Positions 56,193 to 64,000 of a stretch of DNA of 64,000 bases are shown piece by piece. The stretch comes from Blastocatellia bacterium (GTDB lineage: Bacteria; Acidobacteriota; Blastocatellia; HR10; J050): contig JALSQX010000052.1 of assembly GCA_026985075.1 (NCBI GenBank), positions 10,979 through 74,978 on the forward strand. Reading direction: 5' to 3'. Under the pieces are notes generated by a model. It searched no databases. It was not told the origin of the DNA and saw only the letters and a program-made list of their open reading frames with translations. A program made the translations under genes and the position numbers. Numbering within the stretch: the first letter of the stretch is position 1; each line of letters starts with the position of its first letter.

Positions 56193-57696
56193 TCAGAAGC
56201 GGAACTGATAACGCAGGAACACGCTTCGACCGGGTCCATCCATTGCCCATCCAACTCCACGATAATTCCGATCGGTGAGATTCTCCATGTCGATCAGAAG
56301 GTGTTGCGATTCGGTCAACCGCACGCCGCCGCGGAGATTGACGATGACATGGCCAGGAATGGCTCTGAACAGAGGGGCTTCCGATCCGCTGGGGCCGAGC
56401 ACCCGGGTCTGGACTTCGGGCAACGTCTCCCCCGTAGGTCGCAGCACATCGTCAGCGGTCCCCCAATGCCCATCCTCTCCCGGTCCGATGAGTCCGCGAA
56501 CGCTCGCTCCGTGACGAAAGAATTGAGCGATGCTCTCGAACGAGCGAGCGGCGCCGATGCGCCGATGTCTCAGCGCCAGGGTGGAGAGCCGATTCTGCCG
56601 GTCAACGGCGTGGAGATACGGTTCGATCCAGAATCGGCCACCAGAGTCATACCGCACATGAATCCACCCATCTGATGGCGGCGTGCTCCCGGGGACATTG
56701 GGTGGCGCTCCCGTCACTCGCTCTTCGGTGCGTACATAGGTGAACAGACCGCGGAGGGACCAATGCCGCGTCAGCCGCACGGTGAGCGTCTGCTCCGCGC
56801 CCCAGACGCGCGCATCGCCGAAATTGGTCCGGACGAGGACGGGACTCGAGGTGGCGGCGACGATGACCGTTCCATTGGGATGCTGGGCAACAATGGGCTC
56901 GCCGCCGAGCTGAAGACCGACCGCTCCGGGAGGAAGAATGAGCGCCTGCTTTTGAATGAGCCCGGATATCATCGATGAAGACGTCCCCCTCCCACGCGAT
57001 CCAATCATGGGAGGCTCGAATGCCGATGTCATAGTTCAGGCTCGTTTCCGGGCGGAGTGGCACGACCGGCCGTCCGGTGGAAACGGCTCGGTCATCGGCC
57101 GTAGATCCAATCTGGCCGCCCAAGGCGGCGGCTTCCGCCGCCGCCACTTCGAAACCGGAGCCGGTCAGCCCCAGTGTTCCCAGGTCCGTCATATGAGGTG
57201 CACGAAATCCCCGACTGATGTGAACGGCCAGGCTCATTCCTGGGGAGAAACGCACCAGCAGGCCAGCGCGACCGGTGAGATCATCGGCGCGGAGCGTCTC
57301 GCTGGGCCAAAGGGGTCGTCCCTGGACGACCGACGCATCTTCGGCCCGAGCGCGATAGGAGGCGCCGCTATACCGGAGGGCTCCGATCACTCTCAACCGG
57401 CGGTTAAAAAGCTCAACGGCATCTCCAACGGTGAGCCCCCACCGTCGGTAGCGCGCGCGATCGGGAAGACGCGGCCGCCGCGCGGTGATCTCTCCATTGG
57501 CTGGGTCGAGGGCATAGGCGGGGGCGCGCACCCGCTCATCATACCACGCTGCTCTCCACCGAAGGTGATGCCCGCGCCAAAGTTTACTGGCCGACACCTG
57601 TATCCCATGAACTTGCGTTTGGAGAGTCTCAGCCTCACCACCCACGTGACCCACAAAAAACACTATCCCGCCGAGGGCGAACCACCACGCTCTCAT
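56193..57696 (-). pseudogene. TonB-dependent receptor remnant: barrel only, frameshifted, no plug domain
   Basis: Two overlapping minus-strand ORFs (56647-57696 and 56193-57032) each carry TBDR barrel sequence (RGFRAPHMTDLG, PETSLNYDIG; C-terminal ENLTDRNYRG...FLRYQFRF). The sense reading switches frame between ...DVFIDDI and SGLIQKQ (about 56958-56972). There is no plug or CarboxypepD_reg region upstream. Confidence 0.7.
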
Positions 57697-57781
57697 GTAA
57701 CAATGATTGCGATTTATCGCGCGAGCGGTAGCACGTTACCACGTGGCGGCAGACCACACCGCACCATCAACGCCGGGCTTG

Positions 57782-57881
57782 AGGATCTCATCTCATCGAT
57801 GGCGGTAGTCAGAGCACGACGCGGTCGTCGGACGAGCGGAGGTGGAGCAGGATCTCACCTCACCGATGGCAGGAGTCAGAG
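57782..57881. repeat. Two imperfect 33-nt direct repeats, 67-nt period
   Basis: 57782-57814 AGGATCTCATCTCATCGATGGCGGTAGTCAGAG versus 57849-57881 AGGATCTCACCTCACCGATGGCAGGAGTCAGAG (29/33 identical). Confidence 0.85.
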
Positions 57882-57956
57882 GGATGGACGAGAGTTCCCG
57901 CCTTGCGCCGCCGTCTTACAGTAACTCGATGGTGCCCTCTGCAGAGGACGCCGACA

Positions 57957-58697
57957 TTATTGTACGTCTTTCGAGGTGATATCCAGAGTGATCATGAATC
58001 CGTTCGTCCTGCGCGTCTCAAAGGCGTTCGATCCCACCCGATATGCCTGAACCTCATTGGGCATGAGGACGAAGCCCTCATGCCGAGGAACGCCCCAGTA
58101 GGCCAGATTCTTGATCACGATCGGCTCATTGGTCATGCTGGGAAAACGTCGGAGCTTGATTTCGGCCGTCTTTCCACCGTCTACGGTCGCATGAGCCACG
58201 TCGCGATTGTACTTCCATGTGTCGATCACCCCTTCTGCCGTCGTGAAGGATTTCCACTTCACCGGATAGACATATCCTACGATGGTCACAATCGCATCGC
58301 GCTGAACTCGGCTGAGCGATTTATCGAAGATGAGCACGGCCCAATCGGTCTCGCCCATCGAATAGTCGCTCCCCAAGTCACCAGCGATCCAGAATTTCGC
58401 GCCATCGAGCTGCACGGACCCGTAGTGTCCTCGATTCACATAGTAGGCCAGGTTGAACCGGCAGAAATGTTCGAGATCATGACCACTTCGATGTGCACTA
58501 TGGCCAGCGGGCTCGGAATTGAAATAGCACTGACAAAACATGGGACAACTACAAGCCTCGATGACTGTCGCGTTGAACGCCCAATGGGGTTGCTCGACGT
58601 TCCCCTGCCGGGTGGTCGCTGCGCCGCCACTGACCAGAATCACCAGGAGACTGATCAACACACCTGATATTGCCAACACTCGTCCTTTCTTCATCAT
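57957..58697 (-). CDS. DUF1326-like protein with signal peptide
   Basis: 246-aa ORF with AGGAGG SD. Signal peptide VLAISGVLISLLVILVSGGA. Cys motif IEACSCPMFCQCYF resembles the DUF1326 E.C.C...C.C signature. Confidence 0.55.
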   Translation of the reverse strand: MMKKGRVLAISGVLISLLVILVSGGAATTRQGNVEQPHWAFNATVIEACSCPMFCQCYFNSEPAGHSAHRSGHDLEHFCRFNLAYYVNRGHYGSVQLDGAKFWIAGDLGSDYSMGETDWAVLIFDKSLSRVQRDAIVTIVGYVYPVKWKSFTTAEGVIDTWKYNRDVAHATVDGGKTAEIKLRRFPSMTNEPIVIKNLAYWGVPRHEGFVLMPNEVQAYRVGSNAFETRRTNGFMITLDITSKDVQ

Positions 58698-59515
58698 ACC
58701 TCCTGTCTGAGAGATGATTCATTGTGTGATGTCCTCATGCCGGGAAGCCGAATTGATGAGCTAGCGGTCAGGGGGAGAAAGGACCCTCAGGCGAAGGGGC
58801 GCCAGCTCCGGATCTCCGCATCCATGATCAGATCAATATCAGTTCCTGGAATCAAGACGCCACCAGTATATCACACTCTGGAAGATGAAAGAATCCCTAT
58901 CAACGGCGAGCGCACCGAGCGAGATGAGGGCGGCGGGTATGAGCCGCGAGATCCCGAACGCGTCATGAGCACGAGAGGACCTCGCCCCGGGCGGCGAGCC
59001 ATCGAGTCGAGTCCCGGGATTCATCTCTGGAGTTTCCGAAGTTCGCCAGCCTCTCCATGGCTGCTCGATCAGTTGCCGAGTGTTCGGGAGTGAGGTGCTG
59101 GCACTTCCCGGAGGATGGTGGTTGAAAAAGAAAACCACCCGCGCTCGCGAAGACGACCTCGGTTCTGAAAGATCCCTCAACAGCTGAACCGAAAGAGCGG
59201 TAGAATGTTTGGTGATGTGTGCAGAGAGGTCCCTCGCAAGGCTGAGCGGCCGCACTTTGACGAACTCCTCTCAGAATACCGAGAGGTCAACCGAAATAAC
59301 GTTTGATGGGTGACGATGCGCTCCCAGAGACTTCGTAAAGTCAACAGTAGATCTGCGGATGCGCGAGTTCGGGAAACAAAGGAGGGGAATGAGTGTGGAG
59401 AGAAACTGTGTGGGGGATAAACCTCATCAGTCTCGGTTGTCCATTTAGGGGATCTTTGAATGATGATGCCTTCATCAGAGTGACGACGAACGGGACAAAC
59501 GCCGTTTAATGATCC

Positions 59516-60304
59516 TCAAAACATGACCATCCCGCCATCCACGTTGATGGCTTGCCCGTTGATGCCTTGGGCGATGTCGCTGGCCAGGAGGACGGCGACG
59601 GCGGCGACTTCCTCCGGCGTGATCAGCCGATTCTGAGGACTCATCTTCTCCAACGTCCGACGAGCATCCTCCTCCGACATCCCCGTGCGCGCTGCGATAT
59701 TGGCGATGCTGGCGTCGGTCATGGGCGTGTCCACGAATCCCGGACAGATGGCATTCACAGTGATATGATAACCGGCCAGTTCCAAGGCCAGCGCCCGCGT
59801 CAGCCCCAATACCCCGTGCTTGGCGGCCGTGTAGGCGGCGATGTACCGTCCTCCAACCTTGGAAGCGACCGAGGCGATGTTGATGATGCGCCCCCGCCGA
59901 CGTTCGACCATTCCGGCAACGAAAGCCTTGGTCACGTAATACACGCTGGTCAAGTTCACGGCCAGCATCTCGTGCCATAACTCATCAGGATGGGTGAGGA
60001 ACTTGTGGCTCTCGCCCCGACCGGCGTTATTGACCAGAATGTCAATAGGGCCGAATTCATCGTTCACTTTCTCGGCCATCTGCCGAACGCGCTCCGGATC
60101 GGTGACATCGCACGTTACGGCCAACGCCCGCCGGCCGCCCTTCCGAATCGCTTCGGCCACCGCCTCGATATCCCCCGACGAACGAGCACAGACGGCGACA
60201 TCGGCGCCCGCCTCGGCCAGCGCCAGCGCGATCGCTCGCCCGATGCCTCGACCGGCGCCGGTTACGAGCGCTCTCTTGCCACTCAGATCGATCGATGGAT
60301 TCAT
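59516..60304 (-). CDS. Short-chain dehydrogenase/reductase (FabG-like)
   Basis: ALVTGAGRGIGRAIA (TGxxxGxG), NNAG, catalytic YTAAKHG (YxxxK). Confidence 0.85.
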   Translation of the reverse strand: MNPSIDLSGKRALVTGAGRGIGRAIALALAEAGADVAVCARSSGDIEAVAEAIRKGGRRALAVTCDVTDPERVRQMAEKVNDEFGPIDILVNNAGRGESHKFLTHPDELWHEMLAVNLTSVYYVTKAFVAGMVERRRGRIINIASVASKVGGRYIAAYTAAKHGVLGLTRALALELAGYHITVNAICPGFVDTPMTDASIANIAARTGMSEEDARRTLEKMSPQNRLITPEEVAAVAVLLASDIAQGINGQAINVDGGMVMF

Positions 60305-60373
60305 TTCATATTGCCTCTGATGCCCGGTAATCTCCCATGAGTATGCTCATTGCGCACCGCAGATGCTAACACG

Positions 60374-60730
60374 TCAACCACGGGCACGACGCGGCGGAAC
60401 GGAACCTTTGCGCACTGCAGATTCCAACACCTCAGCCACCCAAGCATTCAAACTCTTATTGGCCATGCGTGCCGCCAGGTAGATCTGCCGGTGGAGGTCA
60501 GGATCGATGCGGATGGTGAATTTTCCTGAAAATGGTCTCTCGGGTTCCTCATTCCGCTCTCGACAGAACGCTAAATAATCCTCGATGGATTCCCTAAATG
60601 CCTTCTGCAACTCCTTCACCGATCGCCCTTCAAACGTAATGACATCACGAACATTAATAACCTCACCGTGGAAGACCCCCGCTTGGTCATCAAAGTCCAC
60701 TTTACCAATATAGCCTTTGTACTCCATCAT
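60374..60730 (-). CDS. hicB: Type II antitoxin, HicB family
   Basis: 118-aa ORF. N-terminal YKGYIGKVDFDDQAGVFHGEV (HicB RNase-H-like fold pattern). C-terminal RHH-like SLNAWVAEVLESA. Overlaps hicA by 4 nt. Confidence 0.8.
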   Translation of the reverse strand: MMEYKGYIGKVDFDDQAGVFHGEVINVRDVITFEGRSVKELQKAFRESIEDYLAFCRERNEEPERPFSGKFTIRIDPDLHRQIYLAARMANKSLNAWVAEVLESAVRKGSVPPRRARG

Positions 60731-60981
60731 GGCGTTATTCCCGCTTCTTTCAAAAATCTCCGAACGGACTTAACTATGCCTTTACCGACTTCCTTCCGAG
60801 AAGGTGGCCGATGAAACACGGCCCGAACACCTCTCAAAGCTACGCGAACGCGTGACCCTCTCCCCTCGGAAATTTCCGCGCCCAATGCTCCCAGTAGCGC
60901 TTCGATATCCTTCCAAGCAATATCTCCTCTACTCGGCGTCTCGAAGACCGCCTCAAGCGTTCTTCGATGCTTCTTCCTCAC
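60727..60981 (-). CDS. hicA: Type II toxin, HicA family
   Basis: 84-aa ORF. KHRRTLEAVFETP...IAWKDIEALLGALGAEISEGRGSRVRV...AVFHRP matches the HicA-like mRNA interferase family as I recall it. Confidence 0.7.
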   Translation of the reverse strand: MRKKHRRTLEAVFETPSRGDIAWKDIEALLGALGAEISEGRGSRVRVALRGVRAVFHRPPSRKEVGKGIVKSVRRFLKEAGITP

Positions 60982-61046
60982 AGTGTCATGGTATCACTTC
61001 GTGATATCAGTGACAAGATACACGCTCCGTCTGACGGCCAGGCGCA

Positions 61047-62021
61047 CTAATAAGCGAGCAGATACCGCGCCGCTTCCAGGATCTTGTCCACCGTAGGAAT
61101 CATGGCCATCTCCAGCGTGGGACTGAACGGTGAAGGTACATCCAGCGAGGCCACGCGCATTATCGGGCCATCCAGATACTCGAACGCTTCGTGCGAAATC
61201 AATGCCGCCACTTCGGCACCGAATCCGGCCGTGAGGTTCGCCTCGTGAACGATGAGCACCTTATTGGTTTTCTTCACGCTGTCCAGGATGGTCTGCTTAT
61301 CCAGCGGAACCAGCGAACGCAGGTCGACCACTTCCACCGAGGCGCCCTCGCGCTCCAGTTGCCGAGCGGCCGCCACACAGAGATGAACGGTGGCTCCATA
61401 GCTGATGATCGACAAATCCTGCCCAATGGTGCGCAGCGCCGCCAATCCGATGGGAACGACGTATTCGCCTTCGGGAACCTCCTCCCGATAGTGCCGGTAG
61501 AGAAACTTGTTCTCCAGATAGATGACCGGATTATTGTCCCGGATGGCGGCAATGAGCAATCCCTTGGCGTCCTTGGCCGTGGCCGGCAAGACCACCTTCA
61601 GTCCCGGCGCGTGAGCGAACCACGCTTCCGGGTTTTGCGAATGATAGGGGCCGGCATGCACGCCGCCGCCACACGGTCCGCGAAACACTACCGGCATGGG
61701 AATACCCCACCGGTAGTAGCACTTCCCGGCATAGTTCACAATTTGATCGAATGCGCAACTGATGAAATCGATGAACTGGAACTCGACCACGGGCCGAAAC
61801 CCAACGGTGGCGGCGGCACAGGCGGCGCCCGTGAACCCGGACTCGGAAATCGGCGTATCGATGACCCGCTCGGGCCCGAACTCTTCCAGGAAACCCTGCG
61901 TGACCTTGAATGCCCCACCGAACACGCCGATATCTTCCCCTAAGATGAACACACTGGGATCGCGTCGCATCTCGTACCGCAGCGCGTCGCTGATGGCCTG
62001 AAGATAGGTCATTCGTGCCAT
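61047..62021 (-). CDS. 2-oxoacid dehydrogenase E1 component, beta subunit (transketolase-like Pyr plus C-terminal domains)
   Basis: 324-aa ORF. MTYLQAISDALRYEMRRDPSVFILGEDIG..GGAFKVT.GF...FG..RVIDTPISE is a canonical E1-beta N-terminus. Confidence 0.85.
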   Translation of the reverse strand: MARMTYLQAISDALRYEMRRDPSVFILGEDIGVFGGAFKVTQGFLEEFGPERVIDTPISESGFTGAACAAATVGFRPVVEFQFIDFISCAFDQIVNYAGKCYYRWGIPMPVVFRGPCGGGVHAGPYHSQNPEAWFAHAPGLKVVLPATAKDAKGLLIAAIRDNNPVIYLENKFLYRHYREEVPEGEYVVPIGLAALRTIGQDLSIISYGATVHLCVAAARQLEREGASVEVVDLRSLVPLDKQTILDSVKKTNKVLIVHEANLTAGFGAEVAALISHEAFEYLDGPIMRVASLDVPSPFSPTLEMAMIPTVDKILEAARYLLAY

Positions 62022-64000
62022 CTATGCATGCCCTCCTACTGACGTTTCTGAAGTCAGCGTGTCTCGTTCCTGGAGAAGGCGTTGTGCGTCGCTCTCCAGA
62101 ACGAGCCGCAAATCCCCGCGCGACCCGGCCAGCCACAGCTCGTCGACCACGCAGAGGTCGGCGCGACCGGCGGCCAAGATGGTATTGATCTGACTGGACG
62201 TGATGATATGGCCAGCCACCATGGTCCGAATCCCGGCCTCATTCCGCACCCGATCGCTGGACGACGCCAGGAAACTGCGATGATAGACGGGCCGGGCCGC
62301 GGGCGTCGTCTGACCGGCCAGGATCTCCACCAGATCACACCCCTGCTCCTTGAGTGCCCGCGCCACGGCCACCGCCTCATCCACCTCGAACCCCCCAGCC
62401 ACCCAATCGGTCACCGAGAGCGCCACCACCAGCGGCTTCTCCTCCGGCCAGACGGCGCGCACCGCCACAAACACTTCCAGGGGAAAGCGCAGCCGATTCT
62501 CCAACCCTCCCCCATATTCGTCACGGCGCACATTGGTCAGCGGCGAGAGAAAACTGGCCAGCAAATACCCATGCGCCATGATGATCTCCAGGGCATCGAA
62601 CCCCGCCTCATCGGCCCACCGGGCTGCCGCCACGAACGCCTCCCGCACGCGGTCCATGTCGTCGCGATCCATCTCCCTGGGCACCGGACTCTGTGGCGTA
62701 TAGGGAATCGGCGACGCCGAGAGCAGCGGCCACCCACCCTCCCGGAGCGGCCGATCCAGGCCCGCCGATCGCGACCGCGTGGCCCCGCGCCGCCCAGCAT
62801 GATTCAAGCGCATCATGACCTTGGCCCCCGAGCACGCGTGCACCAGATCCACCAGACGCTTCCACCCCCTCACGTGCTCCGGCCGATAAAGCCCCAGACT
62901 TCCCGGCGTGATGCGCCCATCGGCCGACACGGCGGTCAACTCGGTCAACACCAGACCCGGACCACTCATGCCGAGACGAACCAGCTGACGGACGTGCCCC
63001 TCATCGGGCATCCCCTCATCGGCCCCCTCCCGCGGCATCGGCGAGACGACCACCCGATTGCTCAGCCGCATCCCCCGCACCCGCAACGGCGCAAACAACG
63101 GCGGCGGCGCCATCATCACCGACGGCGGCGCATCCACCTCCTCGGCCACCTGACCGGCAAACCAACGATCCACAGCGCTCACCAGGCGGGCATCCCGCAA
63201 CTTCAGATCATCGTAATCAATGCGCCCACTCCGGGTCAGCAGATTGAAAACGAATTGCTCCGGCTCGAAACTGGCGTACCGCTTGACGTGCTCAAAGTAG
63301 GTGGCACTCTCCCGCGCCGCCGCCTGAAACGCCTCCACCGGCGGCCGCCGCTCCATCTCAAAATCGGCCAGCGCCGCCTCGATGTCCTCCCCGTGCACCT
63401 CAAAGGCATTGGCCAACGCAATGGCATCCTCCATGGCCAGCTTCGTCCCCGAGCCAATGGAAAAATGCGCCGTGTGCGCCGAATCGCCCAGCAGGACGAT
63501 GTTCCCATGTCGCCACGTCTTGTTCTTCACGGTGACAAAACTGATCCACATCGAGCGATTCGACAGCACACTCTCCCCCCGCAACTCCTCGGCAAACAGC
63601 CGATTGCAGTAGGCGATGCTCTCCTCCTCGCTCGCCTGATCCAATCCGGCCCGCCGCCAGGTCTCCTCATCACACTCCACAATGAACGTGCTCGTGTAGC
63701 CGTCGAACGGATAGGAATGCACGGTGAACAAACCATGCTCGTTCTCCTTGAAAATGAAAGTGAAACAATCCAGCACCCGATGAGTGCCAAACCAGATGTA
63801 CTTGCTCCGGTGCACGTCCAGCGTCGGCCGGAATACATCGGCGTAGGTCTTCCGGGTGATGCTGTTGACCCCATCGGCGGCGATGATCAAATCATAGTCG
63901 ACAAACGCCGACGGATCGTCCACCTCGGTGAAAAATTTCATGTTCACCCCCAACTCCTCGCAACGCTTCTGCAGAATCTGGAGCAGCAACTTGCGCGAAA
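62022..64000 (-). CDS. Bifunctional FAD-monooxygenase / Old-Yellow-Enzyme-type NADH:flavin oxidoreductase (salicylyl-CoA 5-hydroxylase-like); 5' end outside the window
   Basis: The frame is open to the window edge. The N-part has AADGVNSITRK and LLGDSAHTAHFSIGSGTKLAMEDA (aromatic-ring hydroxylase motifs). The C-part has HGYLLASFLSPLTNVRRDEYGG (OYE motif). Confidence 0.75.
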   Translation of the reverse strand, partial: SRKLLLQILQKRCEELGVNMKFFTEVDDPSAFVDYDLIIAADGVNSITRKTYADVFRPTLDVHRSKYIWFGTHRVLDCFTFIFKENEHGLFTVHSYPFDGYTSTFIVECDEETWRRAGLDQASEEESIAYCNRLFAEELRGESVLSNRSMWISFVTVKNKTWRHGNIVLLGDSAHTAHFSIGSGTKLAMEDAIALANAFEVHGEDIEAALADFEMERRPPVEAFQAAARESATYFEHVKRYASFEPEQFVFNLLTRSGRIDYDDLKLRDARLVSAVDRWFAGQVAEEVDAPPSVMMAPPPLFAPLRVRGMRLSNRVVVSPMPREGADEGMPDEGHVRQLVRLGMSGPGLVLTELTAVSADGRITPGSLGLYRPEHVRGWKRLVDLVHACSGAKVMMRLNHAGRRGATRSRSAGLDRPLREGGWPLLSASPIPYTPQSPVPREMDRDDMDRVREAFVAAARWADEAGFDALEIIMAHGYLLASFLSPLTNVRRDEYGGGLENRLRFPLEVFVAVRAVWPEEKPLVVALSVTDWVAGGFEVDEAVAVARALKEQGCDLVEILAGQTTPAARPVYHRSFLASSSDRVRNEAGIRTMVAGHIITSSQINTILAAGRADLCVVDELWLAGSRGDLRLVLESDAQRLLQERDTLTSETSVGGHA

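Noticed and set aside
57782-57881. Two 33-nt repeats with a 34-nt spacer looked CRISPR-like.
   Set aside because: There are only two imperfect copies (4 mismatches), no further units, and no cas genes in the window. Kept only as a plain direct repeat.
59458-59477. AATGATGATGCCTTC resembles the 3' conserved segment of the fluoride (crcB) riboswitch.
   Set aside because: The required 5' GGnGAUGnnGUUC...AAACnGCC elements are absent, and there is no downstream fluoride-related gene. The plus strand runs antisense into the SDR gene.

Overview
This is a GC-rich, densely coding bacterial chromosomal segment. I found no rRNA, tRNA, CRISPR array, transposase or integrase. All protein calls rest on motif and family recognition by eye from the supplied ORF translations; no searches or computations were run. 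The gene content (Oar-like TonB-dependent receptors with CarboxypepD_reg N-domains, many secreted hydrolases) is what I associate with Acidobacteriota-type genomes, but that is inference only.

Layout:
(1) 30-1322: a tandem-domain HxlR regulator transcribed divergently from a cytochrome P460 gene.
(2) 2131-32278: 22 consecutive plus-strand genes with tiny gaps or overlaps. They are a GntR regulator, TonB receptor, two unknown secreted proteins, PfkB kinase, NAD epimerase, TauE plus a DUF1634-like protein, a LarA-like nickel-pincer racemase homolog, a NagB-like deaminase, MFS transporter, a 1345-aa GH35-like multidomain hydrolase, M55 D-aminopeptidase, M24 peptidase, two Zn-ADHs, PIG-L deacetylase, APC permease, MFS transporter, a second PIG-L, and GlcD/GlcF-type 2-hydroxyacid oxidase. 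The run ends at a strong intrinsic terminator at 32561-32587.
(3) 32610-43007: a carboxylesterase, TM-helix-repeat protein and GT-A glycosyltransferase, divergent from an alpha-glucan phosphorylase; then a coiled-coil membrane protein and an MscS / CaCA antiporter / outer-membrane barrel operon.
(4) 43428-56156: a housekeeping-like mix of a zinc-ribbon protein, Nudix hydrolase, ornithine cyclodeaminase-like protein, beta-propeller, YjiH-like protein, prolyl oligopeptidase, HAD hydrolase, L,D-transpeptidase, pdxS/pdxT and an EamA transporter.
(5) 56193-64000: a truncated and frameshifted TonB-receptor remnant, a DUF1326 protein, 0.8 kb without a convincing gene, an SDR, an AT-richer hicAB module, an orphan 2-oxoacid dehydrogenase E1-beta, and a partial bifunctional FAD-monooxygenase/OYE flavoprotein.

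Observations most worth follow-up:
- The 30-kb catabolic supercluster. I hypothesise a deacetylase-first amino-sugar / cell-wall necromass utilisation locus; a sugar-acid alternative is also noted.
- The GH35-like giant protein, which has DDD in place of the canonical ENE acid/base motif.
- A roughly 33-nt palindromic element present in three intergenic regions (13588, 39663, 43148).
- The PIG-L / transporter / GlcDF translationally coupled operon.
- The tandem-HxlR / P460 pair.
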